From positions 41 to 64,040 of the forward strand of contig JADFUR010000113.1 in the NCBI GenBank assembly GCA_015222055.1: a DNA stretch of 64,000 bases, read 5' to 3'. A model generated the notes under the pieces. The model did no database searches, had not been told where the DNA came from, and was given only the letters and a program-made list of their open reading frames with translations. Made by a program: the position numbers and the translations under genes. Shown here piece after piece: positions 19,856-29,117 of this stretch. Position 1 is the first letter of the stretch. Each line of letters starts with the position of its first letter. The DNA is from Bacteroidota bacterium. GTDB taxonomy: Bacteria > Bacteroidota > Bacteroidia > Bacteroidales > B39-G9.

Positions 19856-21369
19856 CGTTTTATTATTTTATGAATACTATTAATTATTAATTGTTTTTCT
19901 GTTTTTTGAAGACCAAAAAAATAATAAACAAAAATAGAAATAATAATTGAAGAAAGGATTGTAATTAAATCACCCCTCAAATCTGCCATATGAAAATGTA
20001 TAAATAAAGGAATTGGAATTATTAAAAAGGAAACTAAAAAACATTTAATCATTACTTCTTTTATATAACGAAAAGCTGGAAAATCAATATGCTTTTTAAG
20101 ATAAAATAATCTAGTTATATGTGTTATGAAATTAATGATAATACGAATGACTAAAGCGGATTCTGGGGGATAGCCTAATTTAAAACATAAATAAATAATA
20201 GGCAGATTCAATGCTATCTCACTAGAAATAATCAATTGATAATTTTTTATTTTCCCGGTTGCTTGAACCGAAATCCATAAAGGAGCAGACAGGGCATCTA
20301 TTAATAAAAATATTAAAAATAATTGGACAAAATTTGCAGAATGCAAAGGTACTTCTTTCAACCATATACCTAGAATAGATTGACAACACAAAATCACAGG
20401 TAATGCTATTATAAATAATAAAAAATAAGAAAATCTAGATGCTCGAAATACCAATGATTCATAATTTTGTTTATCGTTTGCAGCATAAGATTTAACTATC
20501 TGAGGATTAAATGCTGTTTGAAAATTAGAGACGAACATATAAATCGCTGAACGAACTTGATTAGCAATTCCAAAAGCTGCGTTCATTGTTACACCAAAAA
20601 ATATATTTATTATTATACTAACTCCCTGATTAGCACCCGCATTAGCCATACTCCCAAACATACTCCATCCAGAAAATGAAATCAACTTAAAAAATAGCTT
20701 TTTATCTGTGAAATACTTATAGTGGCAAGATGAAAATTTCTTAGTACAATAAATTATGTAACAAATATTTATTAAAATAGTAACTATAAAGACCAAAATA
20801 GAATAAGCAATTAACTTATCCATATTTATAACCAATAAACTATAAACTATTCCCAACTTTAATATAACCTCTACGATGCTAATATAAGCATAGAAAGACA
20901 TTTTTTCATAAGAAATTATACTCGCTTGATAAGGAACTCTTAACATGCTTACACAACAACTTAATACAGAAAATTGATATACCCATCTGGCAGCTGGCAT
21001 TCTATCAATAGGTATATTTATTTTAGAATTAAAAAACCAAAGTCCAAAAGATTCAAGTATTATAAATAATAAGATAGAAAGTAAAATATGAGTAGTCAAA
21101 CTCATACTAAAAACGCGCTTAACTTCAGCCTTATTATTCTTCCCCATCTCATAATTCAAGAACCTTTGAGTAGCCGAGGTCATAGCAGAATTTACAAAAG
21201 CAAATAATGCAATAAAACCTCCAACAATATTATATATACCAAAATCTGAAACACCTAATGTTTGTAAAATAATTCTAGAAGTATATAATGATACCAACAT
21301 TATTAATAATGTCCGTATATATAGCATCATAGTATTTTTAGCTATTCTTTTGTTATTCTCGTTCGGCAT
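19852..21369 (-). CDS. wzx: Wzx-type oligosaccharide flippase (MOP superfamily)
   Basis: 505 aa, about 12-14 hydrophobic helices. N-terminus 'KRIAKNTMMLYIRTLLIMLVSLYTSRIILQTLGVSDFGIYNIVGG' is typical of polysaccharide flippases. First biosynthetic gene of the locus. Confidence 0.8.
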   Translation of the reverse strand: MPNENNKRIAKNTMMLYIRTLLIMLVSLYTSRIILQTLGVSDFGIYNIVGGFIALFAFVNSAMTSATQRFLNYEMGKNNKAEVKRVFSMSLTTHILLSILLFIILESFGLWFFNSKINIPIDRMPAARWVYQFSVLSCCVSMLRVPYQASIISYEKMSFYAYISIVEVILKLGIVYSLLVINMDKLIAYSILVFIVTILINICYIIYCTKKFSSCHYKYFTDKKLFFKLISFSGWSMFGSMANAGANQGVSIIINIFFGVTMNAAFGIANQVRSAIYMFVSNFQTAFNPQIVKSYAANDKQNYESLVFRASRFSYFLLFIIALPVILCCQSILGIWLKEVPLHSANFVQLFLIFLLIDALSAPLWISVQATGKIKNYQLIISSEIALNLPIIYLCFKLGYPPESALVIRIIINFITHITRLFYLKKHIDFPAFRYIKEVMIKCFLVSFLIIPIPLFIHFHMADLRGDLITILSSIIISIFVYYFFGLQKTEKQLIINSIHKIIKR

Positions 21370-21444
21370 TTAATTCATGTATATATTGAGTGTTTTTTTG
21401 TAAGTATATATTACCCTATTGATTGACATTTTAATTAATTGATT

Positions 21445-21975
21445 TCACAATTTTTCCCAAATCAGCAGCGAAGGACTTTCAGTTTCAAAATATTTTTTTT
21501 CTTCTGCCGGGGAAATAATGTTTGTCTTTATAATTTTTTTGATTATTTTTTCTGCTTTTCCCTTAAGATTTTTCAAATAATCGGCATCAATATTTTCACC
21601 GATTAAAACTATTTCAATAGTATGGCTATCGTGTCCAGTCGCCATATCGCCTATTAACCAAGCCCGTGCTACATTTCCCAGTTTTTTAACTACATCGTTG
21701 ATGATTTTGTCAATGCCTGTATGTTTCATAAGTATATTGTGAATATCCTTATATAGCGGATACATAACGTTAGCCTTAAAGAGCTTTTTGTTGCCTTCGT
21801 GACTGGATTTGATAAGTCCTGCCTTTTCAAAACGGTTTAATTCCAGACGGATAGCATTAGTGGATTCACCAAACTCACTGGACAGTCCACGCAGATAGGC
21901 TGTCTGGTTACTGTTAAGGAAGAATTTCATTAACAGCCTGATACGAGTTTTGGAAGTGATTAATGATTCTAACAA
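21445..21975 (-). CDS. winged-helix (ArsR-like) transcriptional regulator with a C-terminal nucleotidyltransferase-like domain
   Basis: 176 aa. 'SKTRIRLLMKFFLNSNQTAYLRGLSSEFGESTNAIRLELNRFEKAGLI' is a wHTH. Sits at the head of the co-directional glycan locus. Confidence 0.6.
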   Translation of the reverse strand: MLESLITSKTRIRLLMKFFLNSNQTAYLRGLSSEFGESTNAIRLELNRFEKAGLIKSSHEGNKKLFKANVMYPLYKDIHNILMKHTGIDKIINDVVKKLGNVARAWLIGDMATGHDSHTIEIVLIGENIDADYLKNLKGKAEKIIKKIIKTNIISPAEEKKYFETESPSLLIWEKL

Positions 21976-22589
21976 GGCTTAAAATTAAAATATATTGATT
22001 CTATTTTAAAGAAGCACAAGGCTGGAGACTTGTGCCATGTGAATGATTAGGTTTTTTACAGCTTCGCCCTCTCAGTCCCATAAGGGATGAGCAGGTAACT
22101 GAATTCAACGAGCAAATATAATGAATAAAATTATTACTCAAAATATAAAGAGTCTGTTTTTTATTGAAATAAAAAATTAATTTGGATAAAAGCGAATAAT
22201 GTATTCTCGTAAAAAAAATTTAAATAGAAATGCTATTCCCCTCTTTGAAAACGAGTGGATGAAAGATAAAATAGCTATTATTCTATATTAAAATATTCAC
22301 ATGCTACTATATAACACACATGTTGATCATTAAATGCAGGTTTACCTAAACTTGTTGCGTCTTCTTGTATACTTCAGCTATTGGTAAAAATTATATACAT
22401 CCCCTAAGCCCATCATTCCAAAGCGAGAATACTGATTTTGCATATTATTATTTTTATCAATTTTTTAATTTTTCAAATGCAGAATTATTAAATATAATTA
22501 CCAGTTAATAATTTATAAAGACCTAAATTATTGACTGTAAAATTTAAAAATTGGAAGCTTATGAAATTGTATCAAGTATATAAGTAGAC

Positions 22590-23456
22590 TTACTTTTCAT
22601 GAAAAACCAACAAAGGAATCTCAGTATGTAACAACATTTTTTTAGTAAAACTGGGGGTTAATAATTTTATGAAAAAATTTCTTTTTTGTTTAGCGATAGA
22701 GATAATATCAATTCTATTTTTTTGCATATATTCATCGAATCCGTCTAAAACATTTTCACTTTCAACAATGTCGAAAGCCATTTTAGTCTCTTTATATTTC
22801 TTTACATAATTACGAATAGTGATCATATTTCTATAATCAACTCTGAATTTTGCACCAAAGCAAACATAAACAAAAAATATTTTAGGATTAAAGGAACCTT
22901 TAAATTTCATTAGTTTATCTATTGCAACAAAATCTGCATCGTCAAATCGTATTGCATACACAATATTTTTGATGGTTTTATATTTAGCCTCTAAAGGTAC
23001 TGCAATTACCGGAAATTCCGCATGGTCGATAACTGATTGCGTTACTCCTCCAAATAAATTTTCAAATAATCCACTCTCTCCTTTTATTCCCATAACTATG
23101 ACATCCGGGTTGTAAACAAGTGAGTAACTAAGTATTTCATCTTCAGCTATACCTGCATTAAATTGGTAATCGGAAAGAATTACATTTTTTATGTTCTGTT
23201 TTTTTATCTGTGCTTTTATTTTGGAATGAAAACGAATTATTCTTTCTTCTTCGTGTTGTTTGTTTGTTTCAAATAGTTCGTTGCTAAAATCATCGAGTCC
23301 TACAAAATCGAACATTGAGCCGGGGTTGCTGTATGTAGGGATTATATATGAATAAAAAAGTTTTATTTCTGCTTTAAATTCTGATGCTAATCTTAATGCA
23401 TACTGACAAGCATTATAAGAACATTCGGAAAAATCTACTGGGACTAATATTTTCAT
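22590..23456 (-). CDS. universal stress protein (tandem Usp domains)
   Basis: 288 aa. 'MKILVPVDFSECSYNACQYAL' and a second half ending 'IPLLVFH' repeat the UspA pattern twice. Confidence 0.75.
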   Translation of the reverse strand: MKILVPVDFSECSYNACQYALRLASEFKAEIKLFYSYIIPTYSNPGSMFDFVGLDDFSNELFETNKQHEEERIIRFHSKIKAQIKKQNIKNVILSDYQFNAGIAEDEILSYSLVYNPDVIVMGIKGESGLFENLFGGVTQSVIDHAEFPVIAVPLEAKYKTIKNIVYAIRFDDADFVAIDKLMKFKGSFNPKIFFVYVCFGAKFRVDYRNMITIRNYVKKYKETKMAFDIVESENVLDGFDEYMQKNRIDIISIAKQKRNFFIKLLTPSFTKKMLLHTEIPLLVFHEK

Positions 23457-23548
23457 AAAAAAAAGTTTGACAGTTAAAAGTTCAAAAAGTATTCAAGTTT
23501 ATCTATCTAAACTAACTAATCCAAAGTTAATATTTTTTCAGATGAAAA

Positions 23549-26500
23549 TCAAACCTCTACAACATTGTTTTGATTTACATACCAGATATATCCTTTCACG
23601 TTCTCATACCCCATCTTTAATAAATAACTCACATAATTTGATACTTGTGAAACATATTCTGGTTTTTCTTCGTTAACAAACTTATAATCAATCACAATCG
23701 CCTCATTATCTCCAATCAACACACGATCGGGTCGTTTTACTTTTCCATCGTTAAGCAAAATGTCCGTTTCATTTTTAACTTGCCATTCGGGGCTAAACCA
23801 ACTTTTTATTTTATCGTCTTTTAATAATTGCTTAATCTGTGTGGTGATTTCTTGTTTTTCTTTATCATCAATTTTTCCTTCAAAATAAACTTGGTTAACA
23901 GCTTTTTCAATATCTTTCTCAGTATAAATATATTCAAATATCTGATGCATAATTGTTCCTTTATTGATATGCGATTTGCTGTCAATGTTGACTTCAGAAA
24001 AGAATTCGTTGCTATGAAATTTCAATCGCAGTCGATTCTTATCTGTATTAGATAAGTACTTATTAAAACAAAAATCATTTGTGTCTTTTTTTGTAATATT
24101 TGTTTCAATAGTGCTAAGGCTACCCATAGAAAACACTTTTGTTTCGTCATTCCAATAATCGGCAATATTAACTCCTTCATGTTCTTGTGTTGTTTCTATG
24201 TCAGATTTATTATTGAAACATTTAAAAATCACATCGCCAACATTTTTCACTTCATCTTTTTCCTTTAAAGGTGAAAAGGCAAATAATGATTCTTCAGCAC
24301 GAGTAAATGCTACATACAAAAGATTAAGATTATCGACAAACGCTTGTAGTTTTTCGTTAAAATAATCTTTATAAAAAATGGTGTCAACAAGTTTTTGTGA
24401 ATACTTAACGGGTACTAAATCTAACTTATTAAAAGGTTCGGAATTTGGTTTACACCAAATGTTTTTTTTATGAGTAGTATCGTTATCTATTAGCCAATTG
24501 CAATAAGGCACAATAACAGCCTTAAACTGTAGTCCTTTCGATTTGTGAATTGTTAAAATACGAATGGCTTTTTGCTCGTCTGAAGATTTAATTGTTTCTT
24601 TTATCCCGAACTCATCCCACCATTTTAAAAACAAACTTAAATCGGCAGAATCATTATTCACAAAATTAAAAACAATATTTTGGAAAGCCTGCAAAAAGGA
24701 TATTTCAACATCAAAATTATTTAATTTAAAAATGCTGATAATATTTTCGACTAATTCATATAATGTAAGTTGCTTTAATTTATTTATGTTTTGCGTAAAT
24801 TCATTTGGAAGAAACTTATCAAATACATCCTTTTGATTTTCGGATATTTGAAGAAAAATATCATTAAACTTATCATTGTCAAATTCATTATTTGAGATAT
24901 AATTAATTTTTTGATAAACAATATTTGCATTGTTAATATCATCATTCGGATTAACAAAATATTTCAAAACTAATAATATGAAAGCAACAACAAACGAATT
25001 TGAAATATAAAGTGATTCGTTTGAAATAACATCGTATTTATATTTTGAATTAATTTTCTCATTCTTATATTTCAATAAGAAACTGGATATTTTGCCTGCT
25101 TCTTTTTTTGTTCTGACTAATATTGCAATATCATTTAGTTGATAATTATTGTCTTGTAATTGCTCAATAACTTTTGGCAATTCTTTTTCAATATTGTCAT
25201 CAAATTTATTTTCTTTTGTATTTTCAAGAAACGAGACGTTTATGTAGCCTCCTTGCTTTGTCTTTGGTATATTTTGAAACACATCTTTATAGGCATCTAC
25301 AATTTCTGTTTTCAGGCTCTCATCAACTTCCACTTCAGGAATATCTTGATTGTAAAAATTTTGCAAAAAACCGGCAGCATAATTAAAAAACGAATTATTA
25401 AAATCAATAACATTTTTCTTGCTTCTCCAGTTTGTTTTTAGAGGATTGCTGTCGTCAATTCCTTGATTTTGGAAGTCTTTATTTATTTGTTGTGAAAGAA
25501 GTTTCCAGTCACCGTTTCTCCATCTATATATCGATTGTTTAACATCTCCAACAACGAGGCTGGTGTTGTTATCTGCCAGACTATTGTCTATTAACGGCTT
25601 AAAATTATTCCATTGTAATTTTGAAGTATCCTGAAACTCATCAATCATAAAATGCTGATAGTAATTTCCAATTTTTTCATAAATAAAAGGGGTGTCGCTA
25701 CCGTCAATAATTTTGTTAAGCAAAACAGCCGAATTACTAATCAAAAAAATGTTATTCTCTTTGCAATAATTTTTTATTTTTTTCGAAACATCGGACAAAA
25801 TACCGAGTGTGAAAAATTGCTGATATATCTCTTTTGCAGTATTATATTTTTCTTTATTTGAACAGTAATATTGAACGGCTTCGACTAATAAATTGTTTAA
25901 TCCAGAATCATAAACAGTTGTGATTTCGGCTATTTTAGTCGAATTTTTTTTATACCATTTTTCAACTACGTTTTGAGCATCTAAAACTCGTTTACCCGGG
26001 ATAAAATCACTTTTATTATATAATTTATTGAAATAATTTGCGAAACCACTTTTACCATATGTAAAATCATCAACAGATAAGCCATTATCACTAATAATTT
26101 TTATGCCCTTCTTCCCTATTTCTTGTAAATCATTTTTAAAGTTCTTTTGAATATCCTTAATAGATAAGAGGTAATTATTTAAAAAATCCTTATCGCTCAA
26201 TTTATTAACCAGCTCATCGCCCAACAATTGAAAATCTTCTTTAAATATTTCTGATTTAGATAAATTAAAAACATCATCATAAATTTTCCAGCTTTTACCA
26301 TCTTTAATCTTATCATTAATAAATTCTAATAACCAATTTCTTAAATCCTTATCATCATCAATATCTAAAAATAAATTATTAACAGCTTCCGACAACACTT
26401 TGTCAATATCCAAATCAATATTAAAGCCATATTGAAGACCAATTTCGCGAACAAAAGCACGGATAACTTTTTGAAAAAAGCTATCTATTGTGCCTACTGA

Positions 26501-26815
26501 AAATCGAGAATAATCATGTAAAATACGAGCAAGAATAGTCGCTGATTTTTGCTTTATCTCTTTATCGTTTAAATTAAATTCTTTTTTAAATTCATTATAA
26601 TAATCAACTTTAATGAACTTATCGGCATTACTCAATTTATAAAGAGCTTCTATAATTCGAGTTTTCATTTCGTCGGTAGCTTTGTGAGTAAAAGTTACAG
26701 AGAGGATGTTTTTATAACTCATATTGTTTTTAAACAACAAACGAAGATATTCCTCAGTCAAACGATAAGTCTTTCCTGAACCGGCAGATGCTCTATATAC
26801 ATTTAATTTTGACAT
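23549..26815 (-). CDS. UvrD/Rep-family helicase with C-terminal PD-(D/E)XK nuclease (AddA-like)
   Basis: 1088 aa. Walker A 'ASAGSGKTYRLT', motif II 'MIDEFQDTS', 'LTIHKSKGLQF', and C-terminal nuclease motifs 'RPDRV...VIDYKF'. Confidence 0.85.
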   Translation of the reverse strand: MSKLNVYRASAGSGKTYRLTEEYLRLLFKNNMSYKNILSVTFTHKATDEMKTRIIEALYKLSNADKFIKVDYYNEFKKEFNLNDKEIKQKSATILARILHDYSRFSVGTIDSFFQKVIRAFVREIGLQYGFNIDLDIDKVLSEAVNNLFLDIDDDKDLRNWLLEFINDKIKDGKSWKIYDDVFNLSKSEIFKEDFQLLGDELVNKLSDKDFLNNYLLSIKDIQKNFKNDLQEIGKKGIKIISDNGLSVDDFTYGKSGFANYFNKLYNKSDFIPGKRVLDAQNVVEKWYKKNSTKIAEITTVYDSGLNNLLVEAVQYYCSNKEKYNTAKEIYQQFFTLGILSDVSKKIKNYCKENNIFLISNSAVLLNKIIDGSDTPFIYEKIGNYYQHFMIDEFQDTSKLQWNNFKPLIDNSLADNNTSLVVGDVKQSIYRWRNGDWKLLSQQINKDFQNQGIDDSNPLKTNWRSKKNVIDFNNSFFNYAAGFLQNFYNQDIPEVEVDESLKTEIVDAYKDVFQNIPKTKQGGYINVSFLENTKENKFDDNIEKELPKVIEQLQDNNYQLNDIAILVRTKKEAGKISSFLLKYKNEKINSKYKYDVISNESLYISNSFVVAFILLVLKYFVNPNDDINNANIVYQKINYISNNEFDNDKFNDIFLQISENQKDVFDKFLPNEFTQNINKLKQLTLYELVENIISIFKLNNFDVEISFLQAFQNIVFNFVNNDSADLSLFLKWWDEFGIKETIKSSDEQKAIRILTIHKSKGLQFKAVIVPYCNWLIDNDTTHKKNIWCKPNSEPFNKLDLVPVKYSQKLVDTIFYKDYFNEKLQAFVDNLNLLYVAFTRAEESLFAFSPLKEKDEVKNVGDVIFKCFNNKSDIETTQEHEGVNIADYWNDETKVFSMGSLSTIETNITKKDTNDFCFNKYLSNTDKNRLRLKFHSNEFFSEVNIDSKSHINKGTIMHQIFEYIYTEKDIEKAVNQVYFEGKIDDKEKQEITTQIKQLLKDDKIKSWFSPEWQVKNETDILLNDGKVKRPDRVLIGDNEAIVIDYKFVNEEKPEYVSQVSNYVSYLLKMGYENVKGYIWYVNQNNVVEV

Positions 26816-26932
26816 TGATGGTGTTTTTTATGAAGTTGTGAAGTCGTGAGTATTCACCTTTCATCATTCAACTCTTCTTCAACTTTATACTTTCTATTTT
26901 ATGAACTTTAAAAACTTTCAACTAAGAAGCAA

Positions 26933-26966
26933 CTAAGCGGCTATAAATTGATAAATTAAATTTTCG
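26933..26966. repeat. 34-nt dispersed repeat, copy 1 (CTAAGCGGCTATAAATTGATAAATTAAATTTTCG)
   Basis: Matches 57611-57644 (GCTAAGCGGTTATAAGTTGATAAATTAATTTTCG) apart from 2 substitutions and 1 indel. Both copies are intergenic. Confidence 0.75.
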
Positions 26967-27056
26967 TAAAAGCAATCCTTACATATTGGATAACAACAGA
27001 TTGCTTCTGGCTTCGCCCTCGCAATGACGTCTATTAAATCATTTCACAGTGAATTT

Positions 27057-28061
27057 CTAATGCATAATTTTAAAAATCAATTCTTTTAAAAGTTCACCAG
27101 GGTCTGCCGATACATTATCAACGCCCTTCGATTTCATGTCATATTCGCGCAAAAGAGAAATTACATGAACTGTTTTTTTTGCGTTATAGTTGCGAGCTGC
27201 AAGCGAATAATCTTTAACAAAATAAGGAGAAACTCCAATAGTCACTGCTACATTACGCTGACTTTTATCTTTAACAAAATGGTATTGCAAAATTTTAGTA
27301 AAAAAATTAAACAAAGCTGAGATTGTTGGAATAATATTATGTTGTTTCTGATTTTTTGCAAAATAATTTATAATCCTGTTTGCCTTTAACACATCATTAC
27401 TTGCAATTGCTTTTTGTAACTCAAACACATTAAAGTCTTTGCTTATTCCAATATTTTTTTCAATATGTTCAGCATTAATTTTTGTGTTTTTTGGTAAAAC
27501 AATGGTAAGTTTTTCGAGTTCATTAACAATTTTACTCAAATCGTTCCCTAAGTATTCAGACAATAACATAGTTGATTTAGGGTCAATTGAATATCCTTTT
27601 TTTTGTAGAAAAGATTCTATCCATTTCGGTATTTGAGAATCATACAATTTTTTTGATTCAAAAATCACCACGTCTTCATTCTTATTTATAGATTTATAAA
27701 GTATTTTTCTTTTGTCAAGGGTTTTGTATTTGTAATTTACAACTAAGATTGTTGATTTTAAAGGTTTCTTAATATAATAATTCAGAATATCAATATTTTT
27801 TATTTCCTGAGCTTCTTTTAATATTACGAGATGATAATTACACATCATAGGAAACCTACATGCAAGATTATTAACATCTTTAATATCACTATCTTTACCA
27901 TAAACAACAGAAAGATTAAATGCTTTTTCAGCCTCAGTTAAAACATTTTCCTGAATATAATTAGTTATTTTATCGATAAAAAAAGGCTCCTCTCCCATCA
28001 AAAAGTAAACAGGCTTATATATCTTGTTTTTTAAATCAGAAAGAATTTGTTCAAATGTCAT
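27057..28061 (-). CDS. holA: DNA polymerase III delta subunit
   Basis: 334 aa. 'YKPVYFLMGEEPFFID' and the overall length and pattern match HolA of Bacteroidota. Confidence 0.85.
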   Translation of the reverse strand: MTFEQILSDLKNKIYKPVYFLMGEEPFFIDKITNYIQENVLTEAEKAFNLSVVYGKDSDIKDVNNLACRFPMMCNYHLVILKEAQEIKNIDILNYYIKKPLKSTILVVNYKYKTLDKRKILYKSINKNEDVVIFESKKLYDSQIPKWIESFLQKKGYSIDPKSTMLLSEYLGNDLSKIVNELEKLTIVLPKNTKINAEHIEKNIGISKDFNVFELQKAIASNDVLKANRIINYFAKNQKQHNIIPTISALFNFFTKILQYHFVKDKSQRNVAVTIGVSPYFVKDYSLAARNYNAKKTVHVISLLREYDMKSKGVDNVSADPGELLKELIFKIMH

Positions 28062-28072
28062 AATTAAAAAAA

Positions 28073-28843
28073 TTAAAATCTTAAATGTTTAACAGAATCT
28101 CCACTGTTAAGTATCTCTTTTAACGCATCAATTCCTATTTGTAAGTGTGTCTCAACAAAATTATCTGTCACAACTTTATCACTTTCTTTTGTTTTTATAC
28201 CTGAAGATATCATTGGCTGGTCAGAGACAAGAAGTAAAGCACCCGTTGTAATTTGATTTGCAAAGCCGACTGCAAAAATTGTAGCTGTCTCCATATCAAT
28301 TGCCATTGAGCGTGTTTTTCGAAGATATTCTTTAAATTCATCATCGTGTTCCCACACCCTTCTATTTGTTGTAACAACTGTTCCTGTCCAATAATCATGT
28401 TTTTGTTTAATAATAACCTCGGAAACAGCACGTTGCAAATTAAAAGCGGGTAATGCAGGTACTTCAGGCGGAAAATAATCGTTAGACGTTCCTTCGCGTC
28501 GAATAGCTGCAATAGGTAAAATCAAATCACCAAGTTTATTTTTTTTCTTCAAACCACCACATTTACCTAGAAACAAAACCGCTTTAGGTTTTATTGCTCC
28601 TAACAAATCCATTACTGTTGCGGCATTAGGACTACCCATTCCAAAATCGATTATTGTTATTCCGTTGGCAGTAGCATTTGGCATAGGATATTTCTCGCCT
28701 ATTACAGGAACATTATTCCATTCGGCAAATAATTTTACATAATGAATAAAATTCGTGAGAAGAATATATTCACCAAACTTATTAAGGGGCTGATTTGTAT
28801 AGCGGGGCAACCAATTTTTTATTATTTCATCTTTTGTTTGCAT
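28073..28843 (-). CDS. amn: AMP nucleosidase (short form, PNP/UDP phosphorylase fold)
   Basis: 256 aa. 'NWLPRYTNQPLNKFGEYILLTNF' and 'MAIDMETATIFAVGF' match remembered short Bacteroidota AMP nucleosidases. Confidence 0.75.
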   Translation of the reverse strand: MQTKDEIIKNWLPRYTNQPLNKFGEYILLTNFIHYVKLFAEWNNVPVIGEKYPMPNATANGITIIDFGMGSPNAATVMDLLGAIKPKAVLFLGKCGGLKKKNKLGDLILPIAAIRREGTSNDYFPPEVPALPAFNLQRAVSEVIIKQKHDYWTGTVVTTNRRVWEHDDEFKEYLRKTRSMAIDMETATIFAVGFANQITTGALLLVSDQPMISSGIKTKESDKVVTDNFVETHLQIGIDALKEILNSGDSVKHLRF

Positions 28844-29117
28844 AATGTTTTAATATTTTTTGTAAAATTAATCAAATCTATTTTTATACGTGCTTAAAGT
28901 TATTACTATTTTGCATTTGAAAAAAAATTTTTTATTATTTCCCTGAAAGGGAAAAATATGAATAAATCCGTATGAAACAAGCCGGAATAGGCTTGAATAA
29001 ATATAGTAAATATTCGATAAAAATTAAAATAAATTGATAATTTAAAAACATTGCCACAATAAAAAATGTAATTTTACCAGAAATAATAGGCATCCTATTT
29101 TAAAAATTTTATTTTTT

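Noticed and set aside
22201-22433. Invertible promoter upstream of the glycan locus (inverted repeat GTATTCTCG / CGAGAATAC about 215 bp apart)
   Set aside because: The repeat is only 9 bp, which is about what chance gives in 600 bp of AT-rich DNA. There is no adjacent recombinase and no match to the Bacteroides fin-site style core that I can see.
28210-28512. 100-aa same-strand, out-of-frame ORF inside the AMP nucleosidase gene
   Set aside because: It is an alternative-frame artefact within a well-supported CDS. It has no start context and no recognisable domain.
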